Assembly (NCBI GenBank): GCA_037440005.1 | Contig: JBBIUY010000005.1 | Location: 63,686 to 127,685 of the forward strand | DNA length: 64,000 nucleotides | Direction: 5' to 3' | Origin: Armatimonadota bacterium | GTDB lineage: Bacteria; Sysuimicrobiota; Sysuimicrobiia; Sysuimicrobiales; Kaftiobacteriaceae | Shown: one piece after another, positions 10,487 to 21,397 of the stretch | Position numbering within the stretch: position 1 is the first letter of the stretch | How the letters are laid out: each line of letters starts with the position of its first letter | Made by a program: the position numbers and the translations under genes | The notes under the pieces: generated by a model | What the model was told of the DNA's origin: nothing | Seen by the model: the letters and a program-made list of their open reading frames with translations, nothing else | Database searches by the model: none

Positions 10487-11736
10487 TCACGCTCCGTACC
10501 GGGCGGCGAACGCCTCCAGTGCCCGCTCAAAGGCCGCCAGCGGCGCCCGCACCACCCCGGCGCCGATCTGCCCGACGCCGGCGCGCCGGTGGGCGATGCC
10601 GGTGTTGATCACCGGCGCGACCTGCAGCGCCACCACCTTCCGGATGTCGATCCCGGCGGGCACGCCGTCAAAGTCCAGCGCCGGGATGCGCCAGTGGGGG
10701 CTGCGACCGGCGGTGATCTCGCCCATGGCCCGGGTGACGGCCTCGGCCTCCCGCGCCGACGGCAGGCCCACGAAGCCCGTCACGGCGGGGGCGGCGGCCA
10801 TGGCGAATCCCCCCAACCCCACCGTCTCCACGATGGCGCTGTCGCCCAGGTCCGGGCTGGCGTCGTCCGGGCCGTAGCCGGGGAAGTACAGCCCCTGAGG
10901 GAAAGGCGCGGGGGCGGTGAACCAGGTCTCCCCCAGCCCGCTGACCCGCAGGCCGAACTCCACGCCGTTGCGGCTCATGGCGGTGACCAGGGTGCAGCAG
11001 GGGATGCCCTCGATGCGGGAGGTCATGCACTTGCACGCCGCCATGGCCACGTTGAGGAAGAACTGGTCGGTGGCGGCCAGAAACGCCAGCACCTCCCTCG
11101 CCGCGGCGGCCGGGACGGCGCCGACCAGCGCCGGCGCCAGTTCCCGGACCAGCAGGGCGGTGGCGGCGGCGTTGCGCTGGTGCATCTCGTCTCCCATGGC
11201 GAGCGCCCGCCCCATCAGCGGGACCAGGGGCAGGCCTCCGGCCTCGCGCAGGGCGGCGTCCAGGGTGGGGGCGCAGACGTCCCGCAGCCAGGCCAGACGC
11301 TCCAGCACCGGCGGGCCGTAGGCCCCAAAGCGCAGGACCGCCCCCACGCCCTCGTTGAGCGGACAGCAGGCCCGGATCCCGTCCCGGTCCTCCACCACCA
11401 GGACCGGCATGGAGGGGGAGATGATGCCGGCCATGGGCCCCACCGCCCCGTGGTCGTGGGTGCAGGCCAGCTCCACGGCTCCCGCCTCCAGCAGGGCCGC
11501 CGCGTCCTCTTCGTCCTCCGCCCACCCCTCCAGCAGGATGGCGCCCACAGCCGCCCCGCGCATCGGCCCGCACATCCGCGCGGCGGACAGCGGAGGTCCG
11601 GCGTGCAGGAGCCTGCGGCCCAGCAGGGCCGGGATGACCTCGTGCGCCGGCCGCACGCCGGTCAGCACCGGAGACGCGCCCCACAGGCGGTCCAGGGCCC
11701 GGGCGTTGGCGGCGGCGATGCGGTCCGCCAGGTCGC

Positions 11737-11740
<4 letters not shown>
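10487..11740 (-). CDS. DUF1116 / YlbE (AllG-like) protein
   Basis: LLHAGPP, AVGPMAGIISPSMPV, MGDEMHQRN, DLGDSAIVETVGLGGFAMAAAP, INTGIAHRRAGVGQIGAG. Confidence 0.85.
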
Positions 11741-13005
<1,265 letters not shown>

Positions 13006-13083
13006 ACGATGGGCAGTTCAGTTCCCCGGCCGATCCGTCCCTCCCTGCCGGCGCAGCGACCGCGGCGCCGGCCGGGAGGGCGC

Positions 13084-13110
13084 GGAATCGGCCCCGGGGT
13101 CGCCGTCGTT
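13084..13110 (+). promoter_or_regulatory. Candidate ECF (SigH/SigR-like) promoter GGAAT-N19-GTT
   Basis: GGAATcggccccggggtcgccgtcGTT directly upstream of the Crp-family gene; motif recurs at seven other sites. Confidence 0.5.
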
Positions 13111-13120
13111 GGTGGAGGTG

Positions 13121-13822
13121 ATGGAGTCCCGGCGGATGGACAAGGTCTGGTACCTGCGTCAGGTGGACCTGTTTGCGGGGATCGACGACGAGGAGATGGG
13201 CCGGCTGGTGGAGCGCACCACCATGCACGAGTTCGGCCGCGGCAGCGTCATCCTCCACCCCGACGAGCCCCAGGAGCGGGTGTACCTGATCAAGGAGGGA
13301 CGGGTGAAGATCTCCCGGTACTCCGCCGACGGCCGCGAGCAGATCCTGGCGCTGCTGGAGCCCGGAGACCTGTTCGGCGAGCTGGCGCTGGTGGGGGAAG
13401 CCGAGCCCGTGCACGTGGAGGCCTTCGAGGACACCCTCATCTGCGCCCTCTCCCGGGACGACATGGTCGCCCTGCTGCGGCGGCGTCCGGAACTGATGCT
13501 GCAGGTCCTCCGGACCCTGGCCGACCGCCTGCGGGCGGCCGAGGAGGAGATCGCCGACCTGGTGTTCCGGACCGTCCCCGCGCGGCTGGCGGCCCTGCTG
13601 CTGCGCCTGGCGGAGGCCTACGGCCAGCGCAACGGCACCGGGCTGCGGCTGGCCCTGCGCCTGACCCACCAGGACATCGCCAGCATGATCGGCGCCACCC
13701 GGGAGACGGTGACGGCGACCCTGGGCCGCCTGCGGGCGGCCGGACTGATCGCCACCGAGGGACGGCAGATCGTCATCCGGGACCCCGAGGGGCTGCGGCG
13801 CCTGTCGGCGAACAGGGAGTAG
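13121..13822 (+). CDS. Crp/Fnr family transcriptional regulator
   Basis: cNMP-binding region (GRVKISR...PGDLFGELAL) plus HTH LTHQDIASMIGATRETVT. Confidence 0.93.
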   Translation: MESRRMDKVWYLRQVDLFAGIDDEEMGRLVERTTMHEFGRGSVILHPDEPQERVYLIKEGRVKISRYSADGREQILALLEPGDLFGELALVGEAEPVHVEAFEDTLICALSRDDMVALLRRRPELMLQVLRTLADRLRAAEEEIADLVFRTVPARLAALLLRLAEAYGQRNGTGLRLALRLTHQDIASMIGATRETVTATLGRLRAAGLIATEGRQIVIRDPEGLRRLSANRE

Positions 13823-13825
13823 GAG

Positions 13826-14191
13826 ATGCAGGTGGTCCTCGGGCTGGCGGGGGCCGTCATCAGCGCCTACGTGTGGTACAAGCAGGTGACCCCGGGGCCG
13901 GTCCTGTGCCTGGGCTCCGGGTGCGCGGCGGTCATCCGCAGCCGCTACGGCAGGGTGCTGGGCATCCCCAACGGGGCGCTGGGCGTCGTGTACTTCCTGG
14001 CGATGGCCGCCGTGCCGCTGGCCGCACCCTGGGGGCCGGTCCTGCGTCCGCTGGCCCTGGCGGCGACCACCGCAGCCCTGATCCTGTACGCGTACCTGAC
14101 CTACCTGCAGCTGTTCGTGCTGCGCGCCCTGTGCAGCTGGTGCCTGGCATCCGCCGCGCTGGCGGCGGCGATCTTCGCCACGCTGGCCTGA
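13826..14191 (+). CDS. Vitamin K epoxide reductase (VKOR) family membrane oxidoreductase
   Basis: Loop cysteines C-x4-C, VIRSRYGRVLGIP, active-site CSWC at the start of the last TM helix. Confidence 0.85.
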   Translation: MQVVLGLAGAVISAYVWYKQVTPGPVLCLGSGCAAVIRSRYGRVLGIPNGALGVVYFLAMAAVPLAAPWGPVLRPLALAATTAALILYAYLTYLQLFVLRALCSWCLASAALAAAIFATLA

Positions 14192-14253
14192 CGGCGCCCG
14201 GCCGCGCGGACAGCGGGGCGCCGGACACGACGCAGACGGAGGGGACGGACGCC

Positions 14254-15162
14254 ATGGACCTGGGAATGATCGGCCTGGGGCGCATGGGCGCCAACATGGC
14301 CGAGCGGCTGGTGCGGGCCGGCCACCGGGTGGTCGGGTACGCCCGGTCGGAGGCGTCCCGGCAGCGGGCCCGGCAGGCGGGCGCCGAGGCGGCGGCGTCC
14401 CTGGCCGAGCTGGCCGAGCGGCTGGCGCCGCCGCGGGTGGTGTGGCTGATGCTGCCGGCCGGCCGGACGGTGGACGAGACCCTGCAGGCGCTGGTGCCCC
14501 TGCTGGCCCGGGGCGACGTGGTGGTGGACGGCGGCAACTCCTACTACCGGGACACCCTGCGGCGGGCCGAGTGGCTGACCGCGCGCGGGCTGGAGTTCGT
14601 GGACGTGGGCACCAGCGGCGGCATCTGGGGACGGACCGAGGGCTACAGCCTGATGGTCGGCGGCCGGCCGGAAGGGGTGGAGCGCCTGCGGCCCATCCTC
14701 CAGGCGCTGGCCCCCGCGCCGGACCGCGGGTGGGGACACGTGGGACCGCACGGGGCCGGCCACTTCGTCAAGATGGTGCACAACGGCATCGAGTACGGCA
14801 TGATGCAGGCGCTGGCCGAGGGGTTCGCCCTGATGCGCCGCAAGCGGGACTTCGGCCTGGACCTCCACCAGGTGGCGGAGATCTGGCGGTACGGCAGCGT
14901 GGTGCGCTCGTGGCTGCTGGACCTGCTGGCCGCCGCGCTGGCCGAAGACCAGGACCTCCGGGACGTCGCCCCGCGCGTGGCGGACTCGGGCGAAGGGCGG
15001 TGGACGGTGCAGGAGGCCATCGACCTGGACAGCCCCGCCCCGGTCATCACCCTGGCCCTGATCCAGCGGCTGCGATCCCGGGACGACTACTCCTACGCCG
15101 ACCGGCTGCTGGCGGTGCTGCGGCGGCAGTTCGGCGGCCACGAGGTCGGGAAGGCGACGTGA
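14254..15162 (+). CDS. gnd: 6-phosphogluconate dehydrogenase (decarboxylating, short type)
   Basis: GLGRMG, DGGNS, DVGTSGG, GAGHFVKMVHNGIEYG, VVRSWLL, DSGEGRWTV, RQFGGH. Confidence 0.95.
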   Translation: MDLGMIGLGRMGANMAERLVRAGHRVVGYARSEASRQRARQAGAEAAASLAELAERLAPPRVVWLMLPAGRTVDETLQALVPLLARGDVVVDGGNSYYRDTLRRAEWLTARGLEFVDVGTSGGIWGRTEGYSLMVGGRPEGVERLRPILQALAPAPDRGWGHVGPHGAGHFVKMVHNGIEYGMMQALAEGFALMRRKRDFGLDLHQVAEIWRYGSVVRSWLLDLLAAALAEDQDLRDVAPRVADSGEGRWTVQEAIDLDSPAPVITLALIQRLRSRDDYSYADRLLAVLRRQFGGHEVGKAT

Positions 15163-15935
15163 AGACGCCCGCGCCGGTCCGGCCGGCGGTGTACGTCTAC
15201 CCGGACGTGGACGGCCTGGTGCGCGCGGCGGCCCGGGCCGTGGTGAGCTGCGTCCGGGCCGCCGTGGAGGCCGAGGGCCGCTGCGCGGTGGCGCTGTCGG
15301 GAGGCACCACGCCCCGGCCCCTGTACCGGCTGCTGGCCACCGAGTTCCGGGACCAGGTGCCCTGGGGTCAGGTGGACCTGTTCTGGGGGGACGAGCGCTA
15401 CGTGCCCCCCGATGACCCCCGCAGCAACTTCCGGATGGTGCGCGAGACCCTGCTGGACCTGGTGCCCGTTCCCCCCCACAACGTCCACCCGATGCCCACC
15501 CACCACCCCGATCCCGAGGACGCGGCCCGGGCCTACGACGCCCTGCTGGCATCCCGCTTTCCCGGCCCCTGGCCCCGCTTCGACGTGCTGCTGCTGGGCC
15601 TGTCCGCCGACGGCCACATCGCCTCGCTGTTTCCGGCCTCCGCGGCCCTGCGGGTGACCGACCGGCGGGTGGTGGCCGTGCGGGTGCCCGCCGACCCTCC
15701 CCAGCGCCTGACCGTGACCCTGCCGGTGATCAACCACGCCTCCTCTGTCTACTTCCTGGTGGCCGGCAGGGGCAAGGCGGGCGCGGTGCACCGCGCCCTG
15801 GTGGACCCCCGGGACCCGGCCACCTCTCCCGCGGCGGCGGTCTGGCCGGTGCACGGGGAGGTGATCTGGTGGCTGGACGAGGCCGCGGCCACGTTTCTGG
15901 GGCCGGAGATCCGCACGCCCTCGCCCCCGGCGTGA
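15159..15935 (+). CDS. pgl: 6-phosphogluconolactonase
   Basis: ALSGGTTP, FWGDERYVPPDDPRSNF, DGHIASLFP, RLTVTLPVIN. Confidence 0.93.
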   Translation: MKTPAPVRPAVYVYPDVDGLVRAAARAVVSCVRAAVEAEGRCAVALSGGTTPRPLYRLLATEFRDQVPWGQVDLFWGDERYVPPDDPRSNFRMVRETLLDLVPVPPHNVHPMPTHHPDPEDAARAYDALLASRFPGPWPRFDVLLLGLSADGHIASLFPASAALRVTDRRVVAVRVPADPPQRLTVTLPVINHASSVYFLVAGRGKAGAVHRALVDPRDPATSPAAAVWPVHGEVIWWLDEAAATFLGPEIRTPSPPA

Positions 15936-17119
15936 CCGGCCCGGACGCCGACGTCCTGGCCCGGGCCTACCGCATCGCGGTCCGCGACCTGCGGGCCTGC
16001 TACAACCCCGACGGGATCGTCGCCGGCCGCCTCCACTTCAACGCCTACTGGGCCCGCGACGGGTTCTGGGCGTGTCTGGGAGCCCTGGCTCTGGGCGACG
16101 CCGACCAGGTCCGCGCCCACCTGGACACCTTCGTCCGCTTCCAGCGCCCGTCGGGCGAGGTTCCCGTCCGCATCGAATTCCTGGGGCACACCTTCGGCCA
16201 CTACCACACCCGGCGCGTGCACCCCCGCGCCCTGTTCCGGGCGGGTACCCTGTTCGCCGACCCGCTGGATCCGACGGCCCTGTTCATCATCGCCGCCCGC
16301 GCGTATGCCGCGGCGACGGGGGACCTGGCCTTCTGCGGGCGCTTCCAGACGCCCATGGACCGGGCCGTGGCGTGGCTGGCGGCCCGGGACCGCGACGGCG
16401 ACGGGCTGGTGGAAAGCGGCTACCTGGCCGGGTGGATGGACTCGGTGCTCAAGAAGGACAAGATCTTCTACCTCAACGTGGTGTACCTGGAAGGCCTGCG
16501 CGCCTGCGCCGAGGTGAACGACTGGCTCGGCCGCGTCCCGCAGGCCACACAGATGCGCCGGCGGGCGGAGCGGGTGGCCCGCCGGCTCCGGGAGGTCTTC
16601 TGGACGGGGGAGTACTTCGCCGACTGGGTCCACGCCGGCCGGCGGGGAGGGTTCAGCTCCGACGGCCACGTGCTGGCCATCCTCTGGGGGATCGCCGACG
16701 CCGGCGAGACCGCTCGCATCCTCGACGTGATCCGGCGCCGCGGTCTGGAGGCGGACACCCCGCTGAGGACCTGCGATCCTCCGTACCGCCCCTGGCAGAT
16801 CTTCCCCTTCTACTACCTGGCGGGGATCCCCGACTACCACTCCACCCTGGTGTGGCCGTGGCTGGGGATCCTGCACGCCGTCAACAAGGCGCGCCTGGGC
16901 CTGCGGGAGCAGGCCGTGGCGGACCTGGCGCGGATCGGCGGGTGGTTCGTGACGGGCGGGGCCGTGGCCGAAGTCTACGAGCCGGACGGACGGCCCGTCG
17001 CCCGCCGATTCTTCCAGGCGGAGGTGCCCTTCGCCTGGCACGCCGGCCTGTACGTCTACGCCCTGCACGCCCTGGGCCTGGCCCCCCTCCCCGCGGGCGC
17101 GTCGGGCGCCGCCCCCTGA
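15932..17119 (+). CDS. (alpha/alpha)6-barrel glycoside hydrolase (glycogen debranching / amylo-alpha-1,6-glucosidase-like)
   Basis: AYWARDG, WMDS, DYHSTLVWPW, AEVY...FAW motifs typical of six-hairpin glycosidases. Confidence 0.7.
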   Translation: MTGPDADVLARAYRIAVRDLRACYNPDGIVAGRLHFNAYWARDGFWACLGALALGDADQVRAHLDTFVRFQRPSGEVPVRIEFLGHTFGHYHTRRVHPRALFRAGTLFADPLDPTALFIIAARAYAAATGDLAFCGRFQTPMDRAVAWLAARDRDGDGLVESGYLAGWMDSVLKKDKIFYLNVVYLEGLRACAEVNDWLGRVPQATQMRRRAERVARRLREVFWTGEYFADWVHAGRRGGFSSDGHVLAILWGIADAGETARILDVIRRRGLEADTPLRTCDPPYRPWQIFPFYYLAGIPDYHSTLVWPWLGILHAVNKARLGLREQAVADLARIGGWFVTGGAVAEVYEPDGRPVARRFFQAEVPFAWHAGLYVYALHALGLAPLPAGASGAAP

Positions 17120-17220
17120 CCTCTCCCGCCGTCGGACCCGCGCTGTCAGGTTCCTTACATCCACGCCGACCCGGGTCCGCCTACCATGAGGGTGTGCATC
17201 ACGCCCAGAGGGGGGAGTCC

Positions 17221-17400
17221 ATGACAGAGCTCAGCTGTTGCGGGGTGACGTTTGCGTCGGCGGAGGAGCTGGCCCGGCACGAAGTCAAGGCGCACGGCGC
17301 GTCCAGGCCCGCGGCCGGAAGCTGCTGCGGCCTGACGTTCTACACCCAGGCCGGGCTGGAGGAGCACCTCCGGACGGCGCACGGAAAGAAGGCTTCCTAG
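17221..17400 (+). CDS. 59-aa protein with two C2H2-like zinc-finger repeats
   Basis: MTELSCCGVTFASAEELARHEVKAHGASRPAAGSCCGLTFYTQAGLEEHLRTAHGKKAS; G-rich RBS (gggggag) before ATG; internal duplication CCG-x2-F-x5-L-x2-H-x4-H. Confidence 0.75.
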   Translation: MTELSCCGVTFASAEELARHEVKAHGASRPAAGSCCGLTFYTQAGLEEHLRTAHGKKAS

Positions 17401-17445
17401 GCCGGGGCCCCGGGCGTCCCCGGCCGGGCGGAGGCGGGATGGCGC

Positions 17446-18597
17446 ATGAGGCGGGCCGTGGTGGCGGCGGTGGTGGGGGTGCTGGCGGTCCTGGCGGGCG
17501 CAGGCCTGTGGCTGCGGCCGGGCCGGCCCGCCGCTACCGCCCCCTCCGGCGAGCGGGTGCCCTTTGACACCACCGAGTGGAGGACGGACTTCAGCAAGCA
17601 CAGCGTGCCCCTCGGCGCGATCATCCCGGGCGGACCGCCCAAGGACGGGATTCCCGCCATCGACCGCCCCCAGTTCGACACCGTGGCCCAGGCCGACCGG
17701 TGGCTGAAGCCCCGGGAGCCGGTCATCCTGTTCGAGCACGCCGGCGACGCGCGCGCCTATCCCCTGCAGGTCCTCATCTGGCACGAGATCGTCAACGATA
17801 CGGTGGGCGGGCGGCCGGCGGTGATCACCTTCTGTCCCCTGTGCAACACGTCCATCGTCTTCGACCGGCGCGTGGCCGGGCGGGTGCTGGACTTCGGGAC
17901 CACCGGCCGGCTGCGGTTTTCGGACCTGGTGATGTACGACCGGCAGACCGAGTCCTGGTGGCAGCAGGCCACCGGGGAGGCCGTCGTGGGGGAACTGACC
18001 GGGCAGCGGCTCACGTTCCTGCCGTCCCTGGTCGTCTCCTGGGAGATGTTCCGAACCTCCCGGCCCCGGGGACGGGTCCTCAACCGCCAGACCGGCCACA
18101 CCCGGGCCTACGGGGTCAACCCCTACGCGGGCTACGACGACATCGCGTCGTCGCCCTTCCTGTACCGGGGCCCCACCGACGGCCGCCTGCCGCCGATGGC
18201 GCGCGTGGTCACCGTGTCGCTGGGCGGGGAAGACGTCGCCTACCCGTTCAGCGCGCTGGAGAAGACTCCGGTGGTCAACGACGTCGTCGGCGGCAGGCCG
18301 GTGGCGGTCTTCTACACCCGCGGGGTCGCGTCGGCCCTGGACCGCAGCAGCATCGCCGACTCCCGCGACGTGGGGACGGCGGCGGTGTTCGAACGGACCC
18401 TGCAGGGCCGCGTGCTGACCTTCCGCCTGGCCGGGGATCGCATTACCGACGTGCAGACGGGCAGCGCGTGGACCGTGCTGGGAGCGGCCACCGCCGGGCC
18501 TCTGGCGGGGCAGCGCCTGACGCCGGTGGTGCACGGCCAGCACTTCTGGTTCTCCTGGGCGGTCTTCAAGCCCCGGACGCGGGTCTACACACCGTAA
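17446..18597 (+). CDS. DUF3179 family exported redox protein (Cys form, CPLC)
   Basis: N-terminal TM; GGPPKDGIPAID, ARAYP, HEIVNDTVGG, TFCPLC, LVMYDRQTESWWQQ. Confidence 0.88.
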   Translation: MRRAVVAAVVGVLAVLAGAGLWLRPGRPAATAPSGERVPFDTTEWRTDFSKHSVPLGAIIPGGPPKDGIPAIDRPQFDTVAQADRWLKPREPVILFEHAGDARAYPLQVLIWHEIVNDTVGGRPAVITFCPLCNTSIVFDRRVAGRVLDFGTTGRLRFSDLVMYDRQTESWWQQATGEAVVGELTGQRLTFLPSLVVSWEMFRTSRPRGRVLNRQTGHTRAYGVNPYAGYDDIASSPFLYRGPTDGRLPPMARVVTVSLGGEDVAYPFSALEKTPVVNDVVGGRPVAVFYTRGVASALDRSSIADSRDVGTAAVFERTLQGRVLTFRLAGDRITDVQTGSAWTVLGAATAGPLAGQRLTPVVHGQHFWFSWAVFKPRTRVYTP

Positions 18598-18613
18598 CGG
18601 GGGGGGTGGGAGA

Positions 18614-19069
18614 GTGGACATCCGGCGGGCTGTCGTGGCCGGAGTGGTGGCCAGCGTGGTCATGGGCATGATCGAGATGATCTACGAGGTCGTCGCCGGC
18701 GACGGGTTCTGGGCGCCGGTGGTGTACATCGGCGCCACCGTCCTCCGGCGCCTGCAGGAGACCCGGCCGCCGGTGGTCTTTGACGTGGGAGGGGTCGTGC
18801 TGGGCCTGGCCGGCCACATGATGAACTCGGCCGTCCTGGGCCTGGTGTTCGGAGCGCTGACGGGACGCCGGGACCTCGGCCGCGGCACGGCGGCCACCTG
18901 GGGAGCGGTGTACGGACTGATCGTGTTCGTCGTCATGTGGTACGGCATCGTCCCCCTGGTGGACCCCGTGATGCGCCAGCTGCACGCCGGGGTCTTCGCC
19001 GTCGCCCACGTGGTGTGGGGCGCCGTTCTGAGCCTGCTCCTGACGCCTGCACCCCGGGCGGCCGCCTGA
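18614..19069 (+). CDS. Four-TM membrane protein of unknown function with intramembrane His/Met
   Basis: Hydrophobic helices; GHMMNS, AHVVWG. Confidence 0.75.
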   Translation: MDIRRAVVAGVVASVVMGMIEMIYEVVAGDGFWAPVVYIGATVLRRLQETRPPVVFDVGGVVLGLAGHMMNSAVLGLVFGALTGRRDLGRGTAATWGAVYGLIVFVVMWYGIVPLVDPVMRQLHAGVFAVAHVVWGAVLSLLLTPAPRAAA

Positions 19070-19166
19070 CGGCCCCGGCGCCGGCGGTGGAATCTTCCCG
19101 ACACCGTCCCCAGCCGGTCCGTCCCCAGGGCGGGGACGAGGGCGACGCCACGCACAGGGGGATGGC

Positions 19167-20237
19167 ATGGAGAGTCGTGTCCTGACCCGACGGGACTTCT
19201 TGCGGTGGTCCGCCGTCGCGGGGGCGGCGCTGGCGGGCGGAACGATCCTTCGGACCGCGGCAGCCCCGCGGGTGCGGCGGCATGTGGCCGACATCCTGCG
19301 CTTTTCCTTCCGACCCCAGGGGTGGCCGGGGCAGTTCGGCTTCGTCACCCTGCGGATCCACCCGGTCTTCTTCGACGGCGGGCGGGCCTACCACATCCGC
19401 ACCGACACCTCCGACGCGGCCATGGCCCGCACCGTGGGGCTGGTGCACGCTCCCAAGCTGGCCAAGGCCATCGACGCGGATGCCGCCGCCGACTACTACG
19501 TCTTCACCAACGGCGCGTCGGGCCAGCTGCCGGTGGTGAGCACCGTGCCCGGACAGGAGGACTACACGCCGGCCTACCGGCTGCACCGGGTCACCTTCAC
19601 CGGGTCCCCGCGGGTCCTGACGTCGGCGGCGCAGATCCGGGACGCGGCGGCCGACGGCCGGCTGCGGGTGGAGGCCACCGGCACCGTGGTGAACTACCCG
19701 GTGGTGAAGTGGCCGGACGGCGAGATGCCCCACGACCGGGTGCGGACCGCCTACCTGGGAGAGGGGCAGCTGCTCACGCCCGTGGACGTGGACCGGCGGG
19801 AGGTGACCTTCAAGCTGCAGCAGTGCTTCCCCGGCGAGTGGTACATCGTCACCGACACCTCGGCCTCCCCCATGGCGCCCATGATGCGCATCCCGGCGTC
19901 GCCCCGGACGGCGCTGCTGACCAAGGCCGGAGCCACGGCGAAGATCCTCGTGTTCGGCAACGGCATCCGGGGGTCCGGGCCCATGGGGTTCCAGCCCTCG
20001 GTGGTGGACTCGCTGCCCGGCAACCCGGTGTGGAGCCCGTTCTGGGACCACGTCACCTTCACCTGGGTGGAGGGGCGCACGCCGGTGGTGATCCGGGACC
20101 AGAAGCAGCTGCTGGAGCGCGAGCGGGCCGGCGACCTGCGGCGCTGGCCCGGGACGCCGGACACCCGGGGGGAGCTGTTCGTGGTGAACTGCCCGATTCC
20201 GATCACCAGCCCCGTGCTGTGGCGGCCTCCGGCGTAG
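19167..20237 (+). CDS. Tat-exported protein with two copies of a YVFTNG...PG-x2-Y[TS]P domain (DUF7482-like)
   Basis: Twin-arginine signal TRRDFL; repeated domain (YVFTNG..GQLPVVSTVPGQEDYTP / LVFGNG..FQPSVVDSLPGNPVWSP; VVNYP / VVNCP). Confidence 0.75.
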   Translation: MESRVLTRRDFLRWSAVAGAALAGGTILRTAAAPRVRRHVADILRFSFRPQGWPGQFGFVTLRIHPVFFDGGRAYHIRTDTSDAAMARTVGLVHAPKLAKAIDADAAADYYVFTNGASGQLPVVSTVPGQEDYTPAYRLHRVTFTGSPRVLTSAAQIRDAAADGRLRVEATGTVVNYPVVKWPDGEMPHDRVRTAYLGEGQLLTPVDVDRREVTFKLQQCFPGEWYIVTDTSASPMAPMMRIPASPRTALLTKAGATAKILVFGNGIRGSGPMGFQPSVVDSLPGNPVWSPFWDHVTFTWVEGRTPVVIRDQKQLLERERAGDLRRWPGTPDTRGELFVVNCPIPITSPVLWRPPA

Positions 20238-20279
20238 ACGGCACCGGGCGAGGGCGACTCGCCTTCCGGACCGGATCGT

Positions 20280-21288
20280 CTAGGGGGGCGCGTAGATCTC
20301 CGCGCGGGGGGTAGAAGTCCAGCCAGGCCCACTCGAAGGCCGGCGTGTGCGGGATCACCCGCAGCACCTGCCCCCGCAGCGGGCCCTCGGTGGCGATGCC
20401 GCGGAGGGGATCCCACACCGACCCGGTCTCCCGGTCGGTGAGCCGTCCGTCCCGCAGGGCGAAGGTGAGGGTGCGGTCGGGCAGCTGGCGGATCAGGGTC
20501 TGCACCCGGCGGGTCAGAGGGTCGGCATAGAGCAGGACCGGATGGGGGCCGACCCGGTGGTTGATGACGCGCAGCCGCGCGGCGTCCCGGTACCGGAAGG
20601 CGGCGGCGTGCTCGCCCAGGGCCACCCCCACCACGAAGTCGTCCCGGGGGCGCTCCCGCGCCAGGGGGCCCCGCAGCGTCCCCTCCTCGGCCAGGACCAG
20701 CGCGTCGGGATGCTCCCGTCGCCACGTCCCCCAGGGGACCAGGGCGGCGGAAAGCGGGCTCAGTGTGGTCCCCCGCAGCGGGCCGACCAGAGCCGTCCCC
20801 AGGGGCTGCGACCAGATGGACCCGGTGTCGTGGTCCCACCAGGTCATGGCGCGCATGTACAGCCACCCCTGGTTCCCGAACACCGCTGGCCTGCCCCGGA
20901 TGCGCCGGTCATGCACGAGACCGGTGTAGCACATAGCACAGCGGTCACCAGGTGACCAGGACGGGTACGCCGCCGACGGTGTCGTTGACCATCTCCCGGT
21001 GGGTGAGGATGCTGATCGGATACGCCCGGGCATCGCCGCCGATCTCGACGGCGAGCACCAGCTCGTCGTCCCGCACCCGGGTTGCGGCCGCGCTGCTGAA
21101 GCGGGGCCGGTAGATGGGGGGATGGCGTCCCGGGGCAGGACGCGGTGCATCCGCGCCAGCGCCTCCTGTTCGTCGTCGGTCAGAGCCACCGGGGCCGACC
21201 CTCCTCCCGGAAGAGATAACCGGGTCCCCAGCCAGGAGGCCACGACACCTGCCAGCACAACCCACATCCACCTCCTCAGGGGTCGCAT
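20280..21288 (-). pseudogene. DUF3179 family selenoprotein (UPLC) interrupted by three indels
   Basis: Similarity to 17446-18597 switches frame at the G6 run 21116-21121, continues to ...VLVTW-TGA(20947-20945)-PLC, and returns to frame after a 7-bp tandem duplication (20927-20940). The C-terminus shifts again at the G6 run 20306-20311; restoring it gives YPRAEIYAPP-stop at 20280. Confidence 0.75.
20905..20924 (-). promoter_or_regulatory. Candidate bacterial SECIS hairpin of the DUF3179 selenoprotein
   Basis: On the minus strand CCGGTC-tcgtgcat-GACCGG, starting 20 nt after the UGA (13 nt without the duplication). Confidence 0.5.
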
Positions 21289-21397
21289 GCACTGTGTATC
21301 GTGACAGGCGCGGGGCGGCGCCGCTGTAGGGATGCCTACACGCCGGAGCGGCTCCGGGCGGGGCGGTCCCCGGACCCGGCGACACGCCGATGCCGCG

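Noticed and set aside
19089..19115. Further GGAAT sites (also 2630, 2651, 35178) as ECF promoters
   Set aside because: No GT[ACT] element at 18-19 nt spacing.
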